Source: Burkholderiales bacterium (GTDB lineage Bacteria; Pseudomonadota; Gammaproteobacteria; Burkholderiales; SG8-39). Taken from it: 47,413 nt of DNA. The translations under genes were made by a program, and so were the position numbers. This document shows, piece by piece, positions 36,480-45,945 of this stretch. Below the pieces are notes generated by a model, which was not told the DNA's origin, made no database searches, and saw nothing but the letters and a program-made list of their open reading frames with translations. The stretch covers positions 1 through 47,413 of the forward strand of contig JBBQNG010000002.1 of the NCBI GenBank assembly GCA_038329645.1. The letters run 5' to 3'. Every line of letters starts with the position of its first letter. Positions within the stretch are counted from its first letter, which is position 1.

Positions 36480-37763
36480 ATGCAAAGAGCGACCTATCCG
36501 TCCATCAAGGTTGCCCTCGGCGTGTGGGGATTGGGCGCCGGCCTCTACCTCATCGGTTTTTTCCAGCGCGTCGCGCCAGCGGTCATCACCCAGGAGCTGA
36601 TGGCCGAGTTCGCGCTTTCGGCCGTCGCGCTCGGCAACCTGTCCGCACTTTATTTTTATGCCTACGTGGCCATCCAGATACCGACCGGCGTGCTGGTCGA
36701 CCACTGGGGGCCACGCCGGGTACTTACTGCCGGCGGTTTGCTCGCTGCGACCGGCACATTGCTGTTTGCGTTGGCGCCAGCGTATGCGTTGGTGGGAACC
36801 GGAAGGCTGCTCGTGGGCGCCGGCGTGGGCGTTGCTTTTGTCTCAATGCTGAAGCTTGCTACGCATTGGGTTAAGCCCTCGCGTTTCGCGCTGATTTCCG
36901 GCCTGGCCCTCGCGTGCGGAAGTCTCGGCGGCATTTCGGCCGGAGTCCCGTTGCGGATTGCAGTGGACGCATTCGGGTGGCGCTCGGTGATGGTCGCAAC
37001 GGGGGTGTCGACCGCACTGCTGGCGGCGGCAACCTGGCTCCTGGTGCGCGACGATCCGCAAGCGCGAGGCTATCGCAGCTTCTCGACCCTGCCTCCTGGA
37101 GCGCCTTCCAGGCATTCGATGCTCGGAGGGATAGCGGCCGTGTTCCGCTATCGGAACGTCTGGCTGAATTTCATCGGCTGCGGCGCGATCACTGGTCCGA
37201 TGCTCGCCTTCGGCGGGCTCTGGGGCGTGCCATTCCTGGTGTCGCAGTACGGGATGACGACCGCGCAGGCGGCGCTCGTGACCTCCGTCATGCTGGTGGC
37301 CTGGGCGGTGGGCAGTCCGCTTGCCGGCGCCCTGTCCGACAGGCTGCATCGCAGGAAGCTCCCGATCCTCGTGGGTGGGTCCATCGCGGCAGTGCTCTGG
37401 GCTGTGCTGATTTACGTGCCGCGCCTGCCCTATGCCGCGGTGCTGGCGATCATGGCGGGTCTGGGCCTTGCTTCCGGCGTCGTGGTAATCGGGTTCGCTT
37501 TCTGCAAGGAGTCGGCCCCGCCCCCGCTCGCGGGCACCGCTTCGGGTGTTGCCAACATGGGCAATATGCTCGGCGGCATGGCCATGCAGCCGCTGATCGG
37601 GTGGCTCCTCGACCGGGGCTGGGACGGGACGATGGCCGGGCCGGTGCGCGCGTACAGTTTTTCAGCCTATGCGGGCGGGTTTAGTTTGATGCTGGTTTGG
37701 ATGGTCGCCGGTCTCTGCGCAATTGGCTGTGCGCGCGAAACGTATGCGAAACAGTCGGCTTGA
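36480..37763 (+). CDS. MFS transporter (anion:cation symporter / aromatic-acid permease-like)
   Basis: 427 aa with 12 predicted TM segments. The N-terminal motif region FFQRVAPAVITQELMAEF...YFYAYVAIQIPTGVLVDHWGPRRVL is typical of MFS_1 organic-anion permeases. Confidence 0.9.
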   Translation: MQRATYPSIKVALGVWGLGAGLYLIGFFQRVAPAVITQELMAEFALSAVALGNLSALYFYAYVAIQIPTGVLVDHWGPRRVLTAGGLLAATGTLLFALAPAYALVGTGRLLVGAGVGVAFVSMLKLATHWVKPSRFALISGLALACGSLGGISAGVPLRIAVDAFGWRSVMVATGVSTALLAAATWLLVRDDPQARGYRSFSTLPPGAPSRHSMLGGIAAVFRYRNVWLNFIGCGAITGPMLAFGGLWGVPFLVSQYGMTTAQAALVTSVMLVAWAVGSPLAGALSDRLHRRKLPILVGGSIAAVLWAVLIYVPRLPYAAVLAIMAGLGLASGVVVIGFAFCKESAPPPLAGTASGVANMGNMLGGMAMQPLIGWLLDRGWDGTMAGPVRAYSFSAYAGGFSLMLVWMVAGLCAIGCARETYAKQSA

Positions 37764-37795
37764 CGCCCGCTCGACCGGCGCATCATCATCGCCTT

Positions 37796-38239
37796 ATGCC
37801 ACCCGATCAACCGGAATTTGCCTCGATCAGCAGCCGTTTTGCATGCGAGGTCTATTGGGGCGATTGCGATCCGGCCGGGATCATTTTCTATCCCACCTAT
37901 TTCCGCTGGTTCGATTCGGCGACCTGGGCGTTTTTCGCCTCCGCGGGCTATACCGCCAAGCGCATGCGGGCCGAAGGCCGCTCCATGCCGCTGGTCGCGG
38001 CGCAGAGCGAATTCATCCATCCGGCCGAACAGGCCGACCGCTGCGAGGTCCGCTCGAGGATAGAGCGGTTTGGCGGGAAATCGTTTGTGGTGGTCCACGA
38101 AGCCGCGCGGCTGGACGGCATTGTCCTCGCCCGCGGTAAGGAAACCCGCGTGTGGGGGCGCCATATCGATGGTCCGGGCTCGCCGATGAAAGGCGAAGCC
38201 ATCGGCGAGGACCTCAAGGCGCTGTTCAGGGTCGCTTGA
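37796..38239 (+). CDS. 4-hydroxybenzoyl-CoA thioesterase-family (hotdog fold, YbgC/4HBT-type) acyl-CoA thioesterase
   Basis: 147 aa from the ATG at 37796. VYWGDCDPAGIIFYPTYFRWFD carries the catalytic Asp region of 4HBT-type thioesterases. The track start at 37697 overlaps the MFS gene and is rejected. Confidence 0.85.
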   Translation: MPPDQPEFASISSRFACEVYWGDCDPAGIIFYPTYFRWFDSATWAFFASAGYTAKRMRAEGRSMPLVAAQSEFIHPAEQADRCEVRSRIERFGGKSFVVVHEAARLDGIVLARGKETRVWGRHIDGPGSPMKGEAIGEDLKALFRVA

Positions 38240-38272
38240 TCCTACCTTCAATTCATTCATAGGAGCTGCACC

Positions 38273-38962
38273 ATGTCCGCGAGGGACCGCATAGACGTCG
38301 ATCCGCCCTACGATTACCCGCTCTACAAGAGCACGGCGTTGCGCGCGCCAAAACAGGCAATGATCCGGGTTGCGCCGCATCCGCTTGAAACGGCCGGGCC
38401 GGCTTTCCCCAGGGGCTTCGTGAAGGACTCCGAGGCCGATCTCACCACCTGGGGAAAAGGCGCGCCCCTGGGCGAGAAAATGGTCCTGGTCGGGCGTGTC
38501 AGTGACGAAGACGGAATGCCGGTGCGCAATTCGCTGGTGGAACTCTGGCAGTGCAACGCTTCAGGCCGCTACGCGCACCCTGTCGATCAACACGACGCGC
38601 CGCTGGACCCGAACTTTCTCGGCCAGGGCAAAGTCCTCACCGGAGAGGATGGCGAGTATCGGTTCGTGACCATCAAGCCCGGTGCCTATCCGTGGCGAAA
38701 CCATCCGTGGGCGTGGCGTCCGGCGCACATCCACTTGTCTCTGTTCGGCAACGCCTACGCACAGCGGTTGATCACGCAGATGTTCTTTCCGGGGGACCCG
38801 CTGCTGCCGATTGACCCGGTGTTCAACAGCGTTTCCGACGCAGCGGCGCGGCAGCGCATGGTCTCGACCCTCGACCTCGAGGACGGCATCGAGGAAGTGG
38901 CGCTGGGCTACCGATTCGACGTCGTGCTGCGCGGGCCGAAAGCCACGCCGATGGGAACCTGA
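38273..38962 (+). CDS. pcaH: Protocatechuate 3,4-dioxygenase beta subunit
   Basis: 229 aa. LVELWQCNASGRYAHPVD and WRPAHIHLSLFG (the iron-ligand Tyr/His region), typical PcaH. Confidence 0.93.
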   Translation: MSARDRIDVDPPYDYPLYKSTALRAPKQAMIRVAPHPLETAGPAFPRGFVKDSEADLTTWGKGAPLGEKMVLVGRVSDEDGMPVRNSLVELWQCNASGRYAHPVDQHDAPLDPNFLGQGKVLTGEDGEYRFVTIKPGAYPWRNHPWAWRPAHIHLSLFGNAYAQRLITQMFFPGDPLLPIDPVFNSVSDAAARQRMVSTLDLEDGIEEVALGYRFDVVLRGPKATPMGT

Positions 38963-39507
38963 TGATGACCGTAAGAACACCCTCGCAGACAATCGGCCCG
39001 TTCTTCCACGTCGGCCTCAAATGGGACGACGGCAACAAGGTTGCCTTCGACCAGCCGTCAAACCAGATCAAGCTCACCGGATCGGTATATGACGGAGCGG
39101 GCACGCTGGTCACCGATGCGCTCATCGAAACCTGGCAACCCGATCAAGCGGGCAAGGTGCCGGCTGCGGGCAACAGTGTGAAGCCCTACGGGTATGGGCG
39201 CACTGTCACCGACGTCGACGGACGCTATTGCATAGAGACCGTGATGCCCGGCGCGTGTGTTGGCCCGTCTGGCGAAAAGTATGCGCCGCAGATCCACGTG
39301 ACCGTTTTTGCGCGCGGATTGCTGAAGGCCGTACGGACGCGCGTCTTTCTCGCGCCGGCCGGTGCGATCAAGGACGACCCGCTGGCACGCGCAGCCGGCA
39401 CGCGCGCGGCAACCCTCGTCGCCGCGCAGGACCCCAATCAGCCGGCCTTGTGGCGCTGGGACATTCGCCTGCAGGGCAAGGACGAGACGGCTTTCATCGA
39501 GGCCTGA
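38962..39507 (+). CDS. pcaG: Protocatechuate 3,4-dioxygenase alpha subunit
   Basis: 181 aa. TPSQTIGPFFHVGL and IETWQPDQAGK. TGATG start/stop overlap with pcaH. Confidence 0.93.
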   Translation: MMTVRTPSQTIGPFFHVGLKWDDGNKVAFDQPSNQIKLTGSVYDGAGTLVTDALIETWQPDQAGKVPAAGNSVKPYGYGRTVTDVDGRYCIETVMPGACVGPSGEKYAPQIHVTVFARGLLKAVRTRVFLAPAGAIKDDPLARAAGTRAATLVAAQDPNQPALWRWDIRLQGKDETAFIEA

Positions 39508-39518
39508 AAAGCAATCGC

Positions 39519-40835
39519 ATGGCCGGCAACCTGCTTGCACGAACCCTGTCTCGAGCGTCGTTTTCCGTCGCGCTCGGCGAGGAGGCTTTTGTCCGGGCAA
39601 TGCTGGCGTTCGAAAGCGCCCTGGCGCGCAGCGAAGCCGACGCGGGCGTCATACCGCCTGAGGCTGCGATCGTGATCGAGGCGGCTTGCGCTGGCTTGAA
39701 GGTGCCGGCGCAGAAGCTTGCGGAAGAGGGGAAAGTCGCAGGGTCGCTGGCGATACCGCTGGTAAGGGCGCTGACAGAAAAGGTCCGCGCGTCGAACCCC
39801 AAAGCCGCGTCGTTTGTGCACTACGGCTCGACCAGCCAAGACGTCCTCGACACGGCCAGCATCCTTTGCATGCAGCCTTGCGTTGCGGAAGCCGACCGGG
39901 TCCTTGCGCAAGCGATCGCGCTGCTCGCCGACCATGCGCGCCGGAACGCCGAGACGGTGATGCTCGGCCGGACGATGATGCAACCCGCCATCCCCATCAC
40001 CGCCGGCATCAAGATCGCGCGATGGGCGACCGCCCTGAGCCGTTGCCGGGTACGGCTGGCCGAAGCTGCGCGGCGCGCGCTGTGCGTCCAGCTGGGCGGG
40101 CCGGTGGGGACGCTGGATGCGCTTGGGCCGAAGCGCGTGCAAGTTCGGCGCGGGGTCGCAGAACGCCTCGGGATCGCGGACGCACGGCCCTGGCACAGCC
40201 AGCGCGACGAGCTTCTCTCGTTCGCCTCGGCGCTGGCGATCCTTGTTGCGACTGTAGGCAAGATTGCCGGCGACATTGCGCTGCTGTCGCAGGCCGAGGT
40301 TGGGGAGATGCTCGAGGCAGTACCGAAAAAAGGCGTCGGGACTTCAAGCGCCATGCCTCACAAAAGAAACCCGGTGGCCTGCCTGCAGGCGCTCGCCGCG
40401 GCGGCGCGTGCTCCGGGACTGCTCGCGACGATGCTGTATGCAACACACGAGCACGAGCGTGCAATCGGCGGCTGGCAGGCAGAACTGGCTACGCTGCCGG
40501 AGCTTGTGGAGACCGCCGGTGGCGCTTTGGACGCTCTTGAACGCATCGCCGCCAGCCTGGTGGTGGATCCCGCGAGAATGCGCCAAAACCTCGAATCTCT
40601 TAACGGGTTGGTCTTCTCCGAGCGCTTGTCGCGTCTCTTGATGAATTCGATGGATCGCGCAGGCGCGCAGTCGCAGGTCGACGACTGGTGCGCCGCGGCC
40701 GTCGCCGATCAGCGTCATCTTCGGAATGTTGTCCGGGAGGCGCGGGCCGACCTGGACCTCACCGCCGTCTTCTCAATCGAAGCGCTCGTCCAGGAGCTCA
40801 TGCCCGTGCTCGACGAAGAGCTCGCCGCCCTCTGA
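39519..40835 (+). CDS. pcaB: 3-carboxy-cis,cis-muconate cycloisomerase
   Basis: 438 aa from the ATG at 39519. Fumarate lyase superfamily signature GTSSAMPHKRNP and HYGSTSQDVLDT. Located immediately after pcaHG. Confidence 0.9.
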   Translation: MAGNLLARTLSRASFSVALGEEAFVRAMLAFESALARSEADAGVIPPEAAIVIEAACAGLKVPAQKLAEEGKVAGSLAIPLVRALTEKVRASNPKAASFVHYGSTSQDVLDTASILCMQPCVAEADRVLAQAIALLADHARRNAETVMLGRTMMQPAIPITAGIKIARWATALSRCRVRLAEAARRALCVQLGGPVGTLDALGPKRVQVRRGVAERLGIADARPWHSQRDELLSFASALAILVATVGKIAGDIALLSQAEVGEMLEAVPKKGVGTSSAMPHKRNPVACLQALAAAARAPGLLATMLYATHEHERAIGGWQAELATLPELVETAGGALDALERIAASLVVDPARMRQNLESLNGLVFSERLSRLLMNSMDRAGAQSQVDDWCAAAVADQRHLRNVVREARADLDLTAVFSIEALVQELMPVLDEELAAL

Positions 40836-40842
40836 AAATCGG

Positions 40843-41481
40843 CTATTCCGCGTCCGGCTGCTTCATCGGCTGGGCCTTGTCGAAGGCCTCCACCTGCATG
40901 CACGCGTCGAACACGCGCATGGCTACGGGGTAGGGAGTGAGGTCGCAGTCATAGCGCTTGGCGTTGAAGACCTGGGGTACCAGGCAGCAGTCGGCCAGGG
41001 TCGGTGAGTCGCCGTGGCAGAACTTTCCGGTGCCGGCCGTCTTCACCAGGTCCGCCTCGAATTTTGCGAGGCCTTCGGCTACCCAGTGGCGGTACCAGGC
41101 ATTGATGCCTGCCTCGGTTTGTCCCAAAGCGCGCTTCAGGTGCTGCAATACGCGCAGGTTATTCATCGGATGGATCTCGCACGCCACGAGTAACGCCAGC
41201 GAGCGCACCCGCGCGCGCCCCAGCGAATCCTTCGGCAGGAGCGGCGGATCTGCGTGCTTTTCCTCCAGGTACTCGATGATGGCCAGCGATTGCGTCAGCG
41301 TGTGCCCTTCGTCGACCAGCGCAGGGATCAGACGCTGCTCGTTGATTGCGCCGAAGCCATCCTCGCGGTGCATGCCCTTGGGCAGCGAAACCGCAATCGA
41401 CTCGTAGTCCAACCGCTTGAGGTTGAGGGCGATGCGGACCCTGAACGCAGCCGAGCTGCGAAAGTACGTGTAAAGACGCAT
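40843..41481 (-). CDS. maiA: Zeta-class glutathione S-transferase: maleylacetoacetate/maleylpyruvate isomerase
   Basis: 212 aa. MRLYTYFRSSAAFRVRIALNLK matches the zeta GST SSxxxRVRIAL motif. Confidence 0.88.
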   Translation of the reverse strand: MRLYTYFRSSAAFRVRIALNLKRLDYESIAVSLPKGMHREDGFGAINEQRLIPALVDEGHTLTQSLAIIEYLEEKHADPPLLPKDSLGRARVRSLALLVACEIHPMNNLRVLQHLKRALGQTEAGINAWYRHWVAEGLAKFEADLVKTAGTGKFCHGDSPTLADCCLVPQVFNAKRYDCDLTPYPVAMRVFDACMQVEAFDKAQPMKQPDAE

Positions 41482-41492
41482 GTCAGAGGACC

Positions 41493-42185
41493 CTAGAGTG
41501 CCGGGACGATTTTCACGCGCAGGTCGGTAAGCCCTTCGATTTGCGCGACCAGCTGGTCACCCGGCTGGACCGGACCGACGCCTGCGGGCGTGCCCGACAT
41601 GATGATGTCGCCGGGCTCGAGCGTGTAGTACTGCGACAGGTACTCGATCTGCTCGGGCACCGACCAGATCATGTCTGCAAGGTCGGCCTTCTGGCGCTCT
41701 TTGCCGTTTACCGTAAGGGAGATCGTGCCCTTCGAGGGATGGCCGATCCCGGCTGCGGGCGACAGCGCGGCGCACGGCGCGGCTTCGTCGAAATTCTTGC
41801 CGAAGTCCCACGGCCGCCCCTTGTCCTTGCCCGCCTGCTGGAGGTCGCGCCGGGTCATGTCCAGCCCGACGGCATAGCCGAAGACATGGTTGGCGGCATC
41901 CTTTGCCGGGATGCGGCGCCCACCCTTGCCGATGGCCACCACCATTTCGGTCTCGTAATGATAGTTGGTGGTTTTCGCCGGGTAGTGGATCTCGCCGCCG
42001 CCGGCAATCAGGGCGAACTCCGACTTGATGAAGAAAAACGGCTGCTCGCGGCCGTCACCACCCATTTCCTTCTGGTGCTCGACGTAGTTGCGGCCCACGC
42101 AGAAGATGCGCCGCACCGGGAAAGTGTCCGCAGTGCCGCTGACCGGAAGGGCGGGCGGTGTCCAAAGGGGAATTGCGTACGCCAT
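41493..42185 (-). CDS. Fumarylacetoacetate hydrolase (FAH) family protein, short fumarylpyruvate-hydrolase-like type
   Basis: 230 aa from the ATG at 42183-42185 (MAYAIPLWTPP...). RIFCVGRNYVEHQKEMG, HYETEMVVAIGKGG and GDIIMSGTPAGVGPV are FAH-fold motifs. The longer track ORF (to 42524) is Arg-rich and overlaps the ligase gene, so it is rejected. Confidence 0.88.
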   Translation of the reverse strand: MAYAIPLWTPPALPVSGTADTFPVRRIFCVGRNYVEHQKEMGGDGREQPFFFIKSEFALIAGGGEIHYPAKTTNYHYETEMVVAIGKGGRRIPAKDAANHVFGYAVGLDMTRRDLQQAGKDKGRPWDFGKNFDEAAPCAALSPAAGIGHPSKGTISLTVNGKERQKADLADMIWSVPEQIEYLSQYYTLEPGDIIMSGTPAGVGPVQPGDQLVAQIEGLTDLRVKIVPAL

Positions 42186-42229
42186 GATTGCCTCGCTGGA
42201 GTGGATTCGAAAAGGGGGAAATTCTAGTC

Positions 42230-43723
42230 TTAACCGGCCAGCTCGCGCTCGATCAGTTCGCGCAGCTTGAAGCGCTGGATTTTTCCGGTGGCGGTGCGCG
42301 GCAGTTCGGGGACCGCGCGAATCCACTTGGGGCGCTTGTGGCGCGGCAGGTTGTTCTCGCAGGCGCGTGCAGCGGCCGCAATCGCAGCCTCGGGATCCGT
42401 GCGCGCAGCCACGAACAAGGCCAGCCGCTCGAAACCGTCCGCATCGTTCACTCCGACGCAGGCGGCTTCGGCAATCGACCCGTCGGCGGCGGCCGCCTCC
42501 TCGAGTTCGCCCGGCCGCACCCATTGGCCGGCCACCTTGATGAATTCATCCGCACGTCCCTGATGGGAGAAAAACCCGTCCGCATCGCGCACGAAGATGT
42601 CCTTGGTGCAGAACCATCCGTCAACGAACTGCGCGGCGGTCGCTTCGGGGCGGTCGACGTAGCCAAGCGCAAGTGACGGGTGGCGGAGCCACAGTACGCC
42701 CGGTTCTCCTGCTGCAACCTCGGTGCCGGCATCGTTCAATAGGCGGGCCCTCACCCCGGCGAGGGGACGGCCGGTGCGCGCCGCGGTAGAAGTGCCCGGA
42801 GGCGTCATCATTGCCGCGCAAAAGGTTTCCGAGGTGCCGTACAGCGACAGGATCTCGATTCCGGTTGCTGCACGCCAGTGATCGAGTACCGCGGCGGGGA
42901 GCCGCTCGCCCGCGGCGACGCAATGGCGAATTGCACGGAACGGCTCGAGCGCCACCTGCCCCAGGGACAACAGCCGGCGATAGAAGGAGGGCACCGAAAA
43001 AAAGGCCGCAGGCTTGTGAAGGGCCACGATTTCTCTCGCGCTGTTCTCATCCACCGGTTGCGGGTCGAGGACCGATGTGGCGCCGATCGCGAGCGGACCC
43101 AGGAGTGCATGCTCGAGGCCGTACGCGAAGAACATTTTGGAGGTGCCGGACACAATGTCGCCAGGACCGAGGTTCAGCACCTCACGCATGCCATTGCCGG
43201 CCGTCAGCACATCGCCATGGGAATGGACGATGCCCTTGGGCCGTCCGGTGGTCCCGGAGGAATAGAGCCAGAAAGCGGGGACATCCGACCGCACTGCAGC
43301 AGAGCTGCCCATGGGAGAAGCCGCAGTCAATGCCCGTCGCCAAGCGGAAATGAAGACGCAGTACTTGCCGGCAAAGGCGGCGATGTCATCGGCCCGCTCG
43401 CCCTCGACAAGAAAAAGGCGCGCGGCGCTGTCCTCGAACATGTAGCCCTGGTCTACGAGGGGCAGCCTGTCGTTGACCGCGATTGCGACGATCCCGGCAT
43501 GGAGGGCACCGAGCCAGGCGGCAGCGAACTCGGGCGAATCCGGTAAGCGGATCAGGACGCGGTCGCCGGGCAACGCACCGAGCGACAGCCAAGCGGCCGC
43601 TGCCGCTTGAACGCGTCTGGCGAGCTCACCATAGCCGACCGATTCGCCTGCGCACAACAGTGCCACACGGCTGCCGTGGCGGCCGAGAGCGGCTGCGCCC
43701 AGCAGGTGTTCGGCGGCGTTCAT
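42230..43723 (-). CDS. Aryl-CoA ligase of the benzoate-CoA ligase family (AMP-forming)
   Basis: 497 aa. AMP-binding motif LYSSGTTGRPKGIVHSH, YGTSETF, and GRADEFIKVAGQWVRPGELE, typical of benzoate/hydroxybenzoate-CoA ligases. Confidence 0.9.
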   Translation of the reverse strand: MNAAEHLLGAAALGRHGSRVALLCAGESVGYGELARRVQAAAAAWLSLGALPGDRVLIRLPDSPEFAAAWLGALHAGIVAIAVNDRLPLVDQGYMFEDSAARLFLVEGERADDIAAFAGKYCVFISAWRRALTAASPMGSSAAVRSDVPAFWLYSSGTTGRPKGIVHSHGDVLTAGNGMREVLNLGPGDIVSGTSKMFFAYGLEHALLGPLAIGATSVLDPQPVDENSAREIVALHKPAAFFSVPSFYRRLLSLGQVALEPFRAIRHCVAAGERLPAAVLDHWRAATGIEILSLYGTSETFCAAMMTPPGTSTAARTGRPLAGVRARLLNDAGTEVAAGEPGVLWLRHPSLALGYVDRPEATAAQFVDGWFCTKDIFVRDADGFFSHQGRADEFIKVAGQWVRPGELEEAAAADGSIAEAACVGVNDADGFERLALFVAARTDPEAAIAAAARACENNLPRHKRPKWIRAVPELPRTATGKIQRFKLRELIERELAG

Positions 43724-43810
43724 AGTCCTGTATGCTAATCGATCTTTGATAGACTAAAAGAAACACCCGCCGCCAGTCGGAAGGCGGAACTTTCCATCGG
43801 AGGAGAACCC

Positions 43811-45001
43811 ATGAAAGCCACCGTATCACTGTGTGCGGGCATCGCGGCAGCCGCGCTGGCCTGCGCGTTTCCAGCCAGCGCCCAGACCGTCAAGATCGGC
43901 CTGATCAGCTCGTACAGTGGCCCGGGCGCCGCGCAGGGTGACCAGGTCGACAAGGGCGTGAAGCTCTACATGAAGCTGCACGCTGACAAGCTCCCTCCCG
44001 GGGTCAAGATCGAGCTCATATCGCGCGACGATACGGGCCCCAACGGAGACGTGGCAAAGCGCATCGCGCAGGAGCTGATCGTGCGCGACAAGGTGCAGAT
44101 CCTGACCGGTGTGGTGTGGACACCCAACATGGCTGCCATCGCCCCGCTGACCGCCGAAGCCAAGGTCCCGTTCGTCAGCGCGAACGCGTCGGGCGCGAAA
44201 GTCGTCGGCATGTCGCCCTACATGACGCGCCTGTCTTTCACCTTGTGCCAGTCCGCCTACCCGCTGGGGCAGTGGGCGGCCAAGAAGTACAAGAAAGCCT
44301 ACTCCGCGGTCAGCGACTTCGCGCCGGGCCACGAGGCCGAGGGCTGCTTCGTGCGCGGCTTCAAGGAAGGCGGCGGGGAAATCACCGGCACTGTGCGCAT
44401 CCCGCTCGCAAACCCGGACTTCGTGCCCTTCATGCAGCGCATCAAGGATGCCAAGCCTGACGTCCTGTTCGCGTTCAATCCGGCAGGCAAGCAGGCCACC
44501 GCGATGATGAAAGCCTACGGCGATTTGGGCATGGACAAAGCCAACATCAAGTACCTGGGCACGGGCGACATCACCACGGACGAGGAATTGCAGGGCATGG
44601 GAGACGCCGCGCTCGGCGTCATCACCGTCCACCACTATTCCGCCGCTGCGGACCGGCCAGCGAACAAGGCGTTCGTCGCCGCCTACAAGAAAGAATACGG
44701 CGCGGACCTGAATCCCGGCTTCATGGTGGTGGGCGCCTGGGACGCAATGGATGCGATATACACCGCGATCCGCGCGCAGGGCGGCAAGATCGACCCGGAC
44801 AAGACCATGGAGATCCTGAAGCACTACAAGAGCACCACCAGCCCGCGCGGCCCGGTGTCGATCGACCCTGAGACCCGGGATGTAATCAATCCCGAATACC
44901 TGCGCGAAGTGCGCAAGGTCGGCGGCAAACTGGCCAACGTGGAACTGGAAACGATCACGACCGCCATCAAGGATCCGTTGAAGGAATTCGAGAAGAAGTA
45001 A
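43811..45001 (+). CDS. LIV-type (Peripla_BP_6) ABC transporter substrate-binding protein
   Basis: 396 aa. Signal peptide (AAALACAFPASAQ), then VKIGLISSYSGPGAAQGDQVDKG, typical of Leu/Ile/Val-binding-protein-family receptors. Strong GGAGGAG Shine-Dalgarno sequence. Confidence 0.9.
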   Translation: MKATVSLCAGIAAAALACAFPASAQTVKIGLISSYSGPGAAQGDQVDKGVKLYMKLHADKLPPGVKIELISRDDTGPNGDVAKRIAQELIVRDKVQILTGVVWTPNMAAIAPLTAEAKVPFVSANASGAKVVGMSPYMTRLSFTLCQSAYPLGQWAAKKYKKAYSAVSDFAPGHEAEGCFVRGFKEGGGEITGTVRIPLANPDFVPFMQRIKDAKPDVLFAFNPAGKQATAMMKAYGDLGMDKANIKYLGTGDITTDEELQGMGDAALGVITVHHYSAAADRPANKAFVAAYKKEYGADLNPGFMVVGAWDAMDAIYTAIRAQGGKIDPDKTMEILKHYKSTTSPRGPVSIDPETRDVINPEYLREVRKVGGKLANVELETITTAIKDPLKEFEKK

Positions 45002-45010
45002 CGTAACAGG

Positions 45011-45047
45011 AGCCCCCGCGCACACCCAAGGCGCGGGGGCTTTTTTT
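45011..45047 (+). terminator. Strong intrinsic terminator between the binding-protein and permease genes
   Basis: GCCCCCGCGC-acacccaag-GCGCGGGGGC (10-bp perfect stem) followed by seven T. It begins 10 nt after the TAA. Confidence 0.75.
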
Positions 45048-45069
45048 GCCCGGGATAGCCGAACCCAGA

Positions 45070-45945
45070 ATGGAAGCCTTCCTCTCATCCCTGGTCAGCG
45101 TCGCCTTTCACGGTGTCGCATACGGAATGATCCTGTACGTGATCTCGGTCGGCTTGTCCGTGACCATGGGGTTGATGGGGTTCACCAACCTCGCCCATGG
45201 CGTATTCGCGATGGCGGGTGGATACATCCTTGCGTCATCGCTCAGCCGGTTTCACATCCCTTTCCCGCTCGCACTGGCGCTTTCGTTCATCCTCGTGGCG
45301 GCCGCAAGCGTCGTCCTGGAGCGTTTGCTGTACTCGCGCCTTTACGGCGCCTCCGAGCTCGAGCAGGTGCTCTTCACGATCGGGCTGATCTTCATGTCGG
45401 TCGCGGTTGCGCGCCTCATATTCGGCACGCTGCAGCAACCCATCCTCCTGCCCGAATACCTGAAAGGCCAGTTTTCGCTGCTCGGGCGGGATTTTCCAGC
45501 GTACCGTGTATTCCTGATCGTATTCAGCGCCGCGATGATCGCCGTGCTCTGGTTCGGGGTCGAGCGCACCCTGTGGGGCGCGATGGTGCGCGCTGCCGTC
45601 GATAACCGGGCGATGGCGCAATCCATCGGAATCAACACGCGGGGTCTGTTCACCATCACCTTCGCAATCGGCAGCGGGCTGGCGGGTCTCGGCGGTGCGC
45701 TCGGTGCCGATATCGTGGCAATCCAGCCGACCTATCCGTTCGAACAGCTGGTGTACTTCCTGATTGTGGTGTCGGTCGGCGGCATGGGCAGCCTGCGCGG
45801 CCCATTCCTGGCCGCGCTCCTGATCGGCATAACCGATACTGCGTGCAAGTACTGGGTGCCTGAGTTCGGCGCATTCTTTATCTACGCCGCGACCATAGGC
45901 CTGCTGCTGTGGCGGCCGATGGGTCTCTTCGGGAAAAGGGCATGA
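45070..45945 (+). CDS. Branched-chain-amino-acid-type ABC transporter permease (LivH-like)
   Basis: 291 aa from the ATG at 45070 (MEAFLSSLVSVAFHGVAYGMILYV...). Hydrophobic, LivH-family. The track start (TTG at 45046) lies inside the terminator T-run and is rejected. Confidence 0.9.
   Translation: MEAFLSSLVSVAFHGVAYGMILYVISVGLSVTMGLMGFTNLAHGVFAMAGGYILASSLSRFHIPFPLALALSFILVAAASVVLERLLYSRLYGASELEQVLFTIGLIFMSVAVARLIFGTLQQPILLPEYLKGQFSLLGRDFPAYRVFLIVFSAAMIAVLWFGVERTLWGAMVRAAVDNRAMAQSIGINTRGLFTITFAIGSGLAGLGGALGADIVAIQPTYPFEQLVYFLIVVSVGGMGSLRGPFLAALLIGITDTACKYWVPEFGAFFIYAATIGLLLWRPMGLFGKRA

Noticed and set aside
36414-36704. 96-aa minus-strand ORF spanning the tandem repeat and the start of the MFS gene
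   Set aside because: It overlaps the well-supported MFS gene in antisense. Its 3' end is simply the repeat DNA read through. It has no ribosome-binding site or coding signature.
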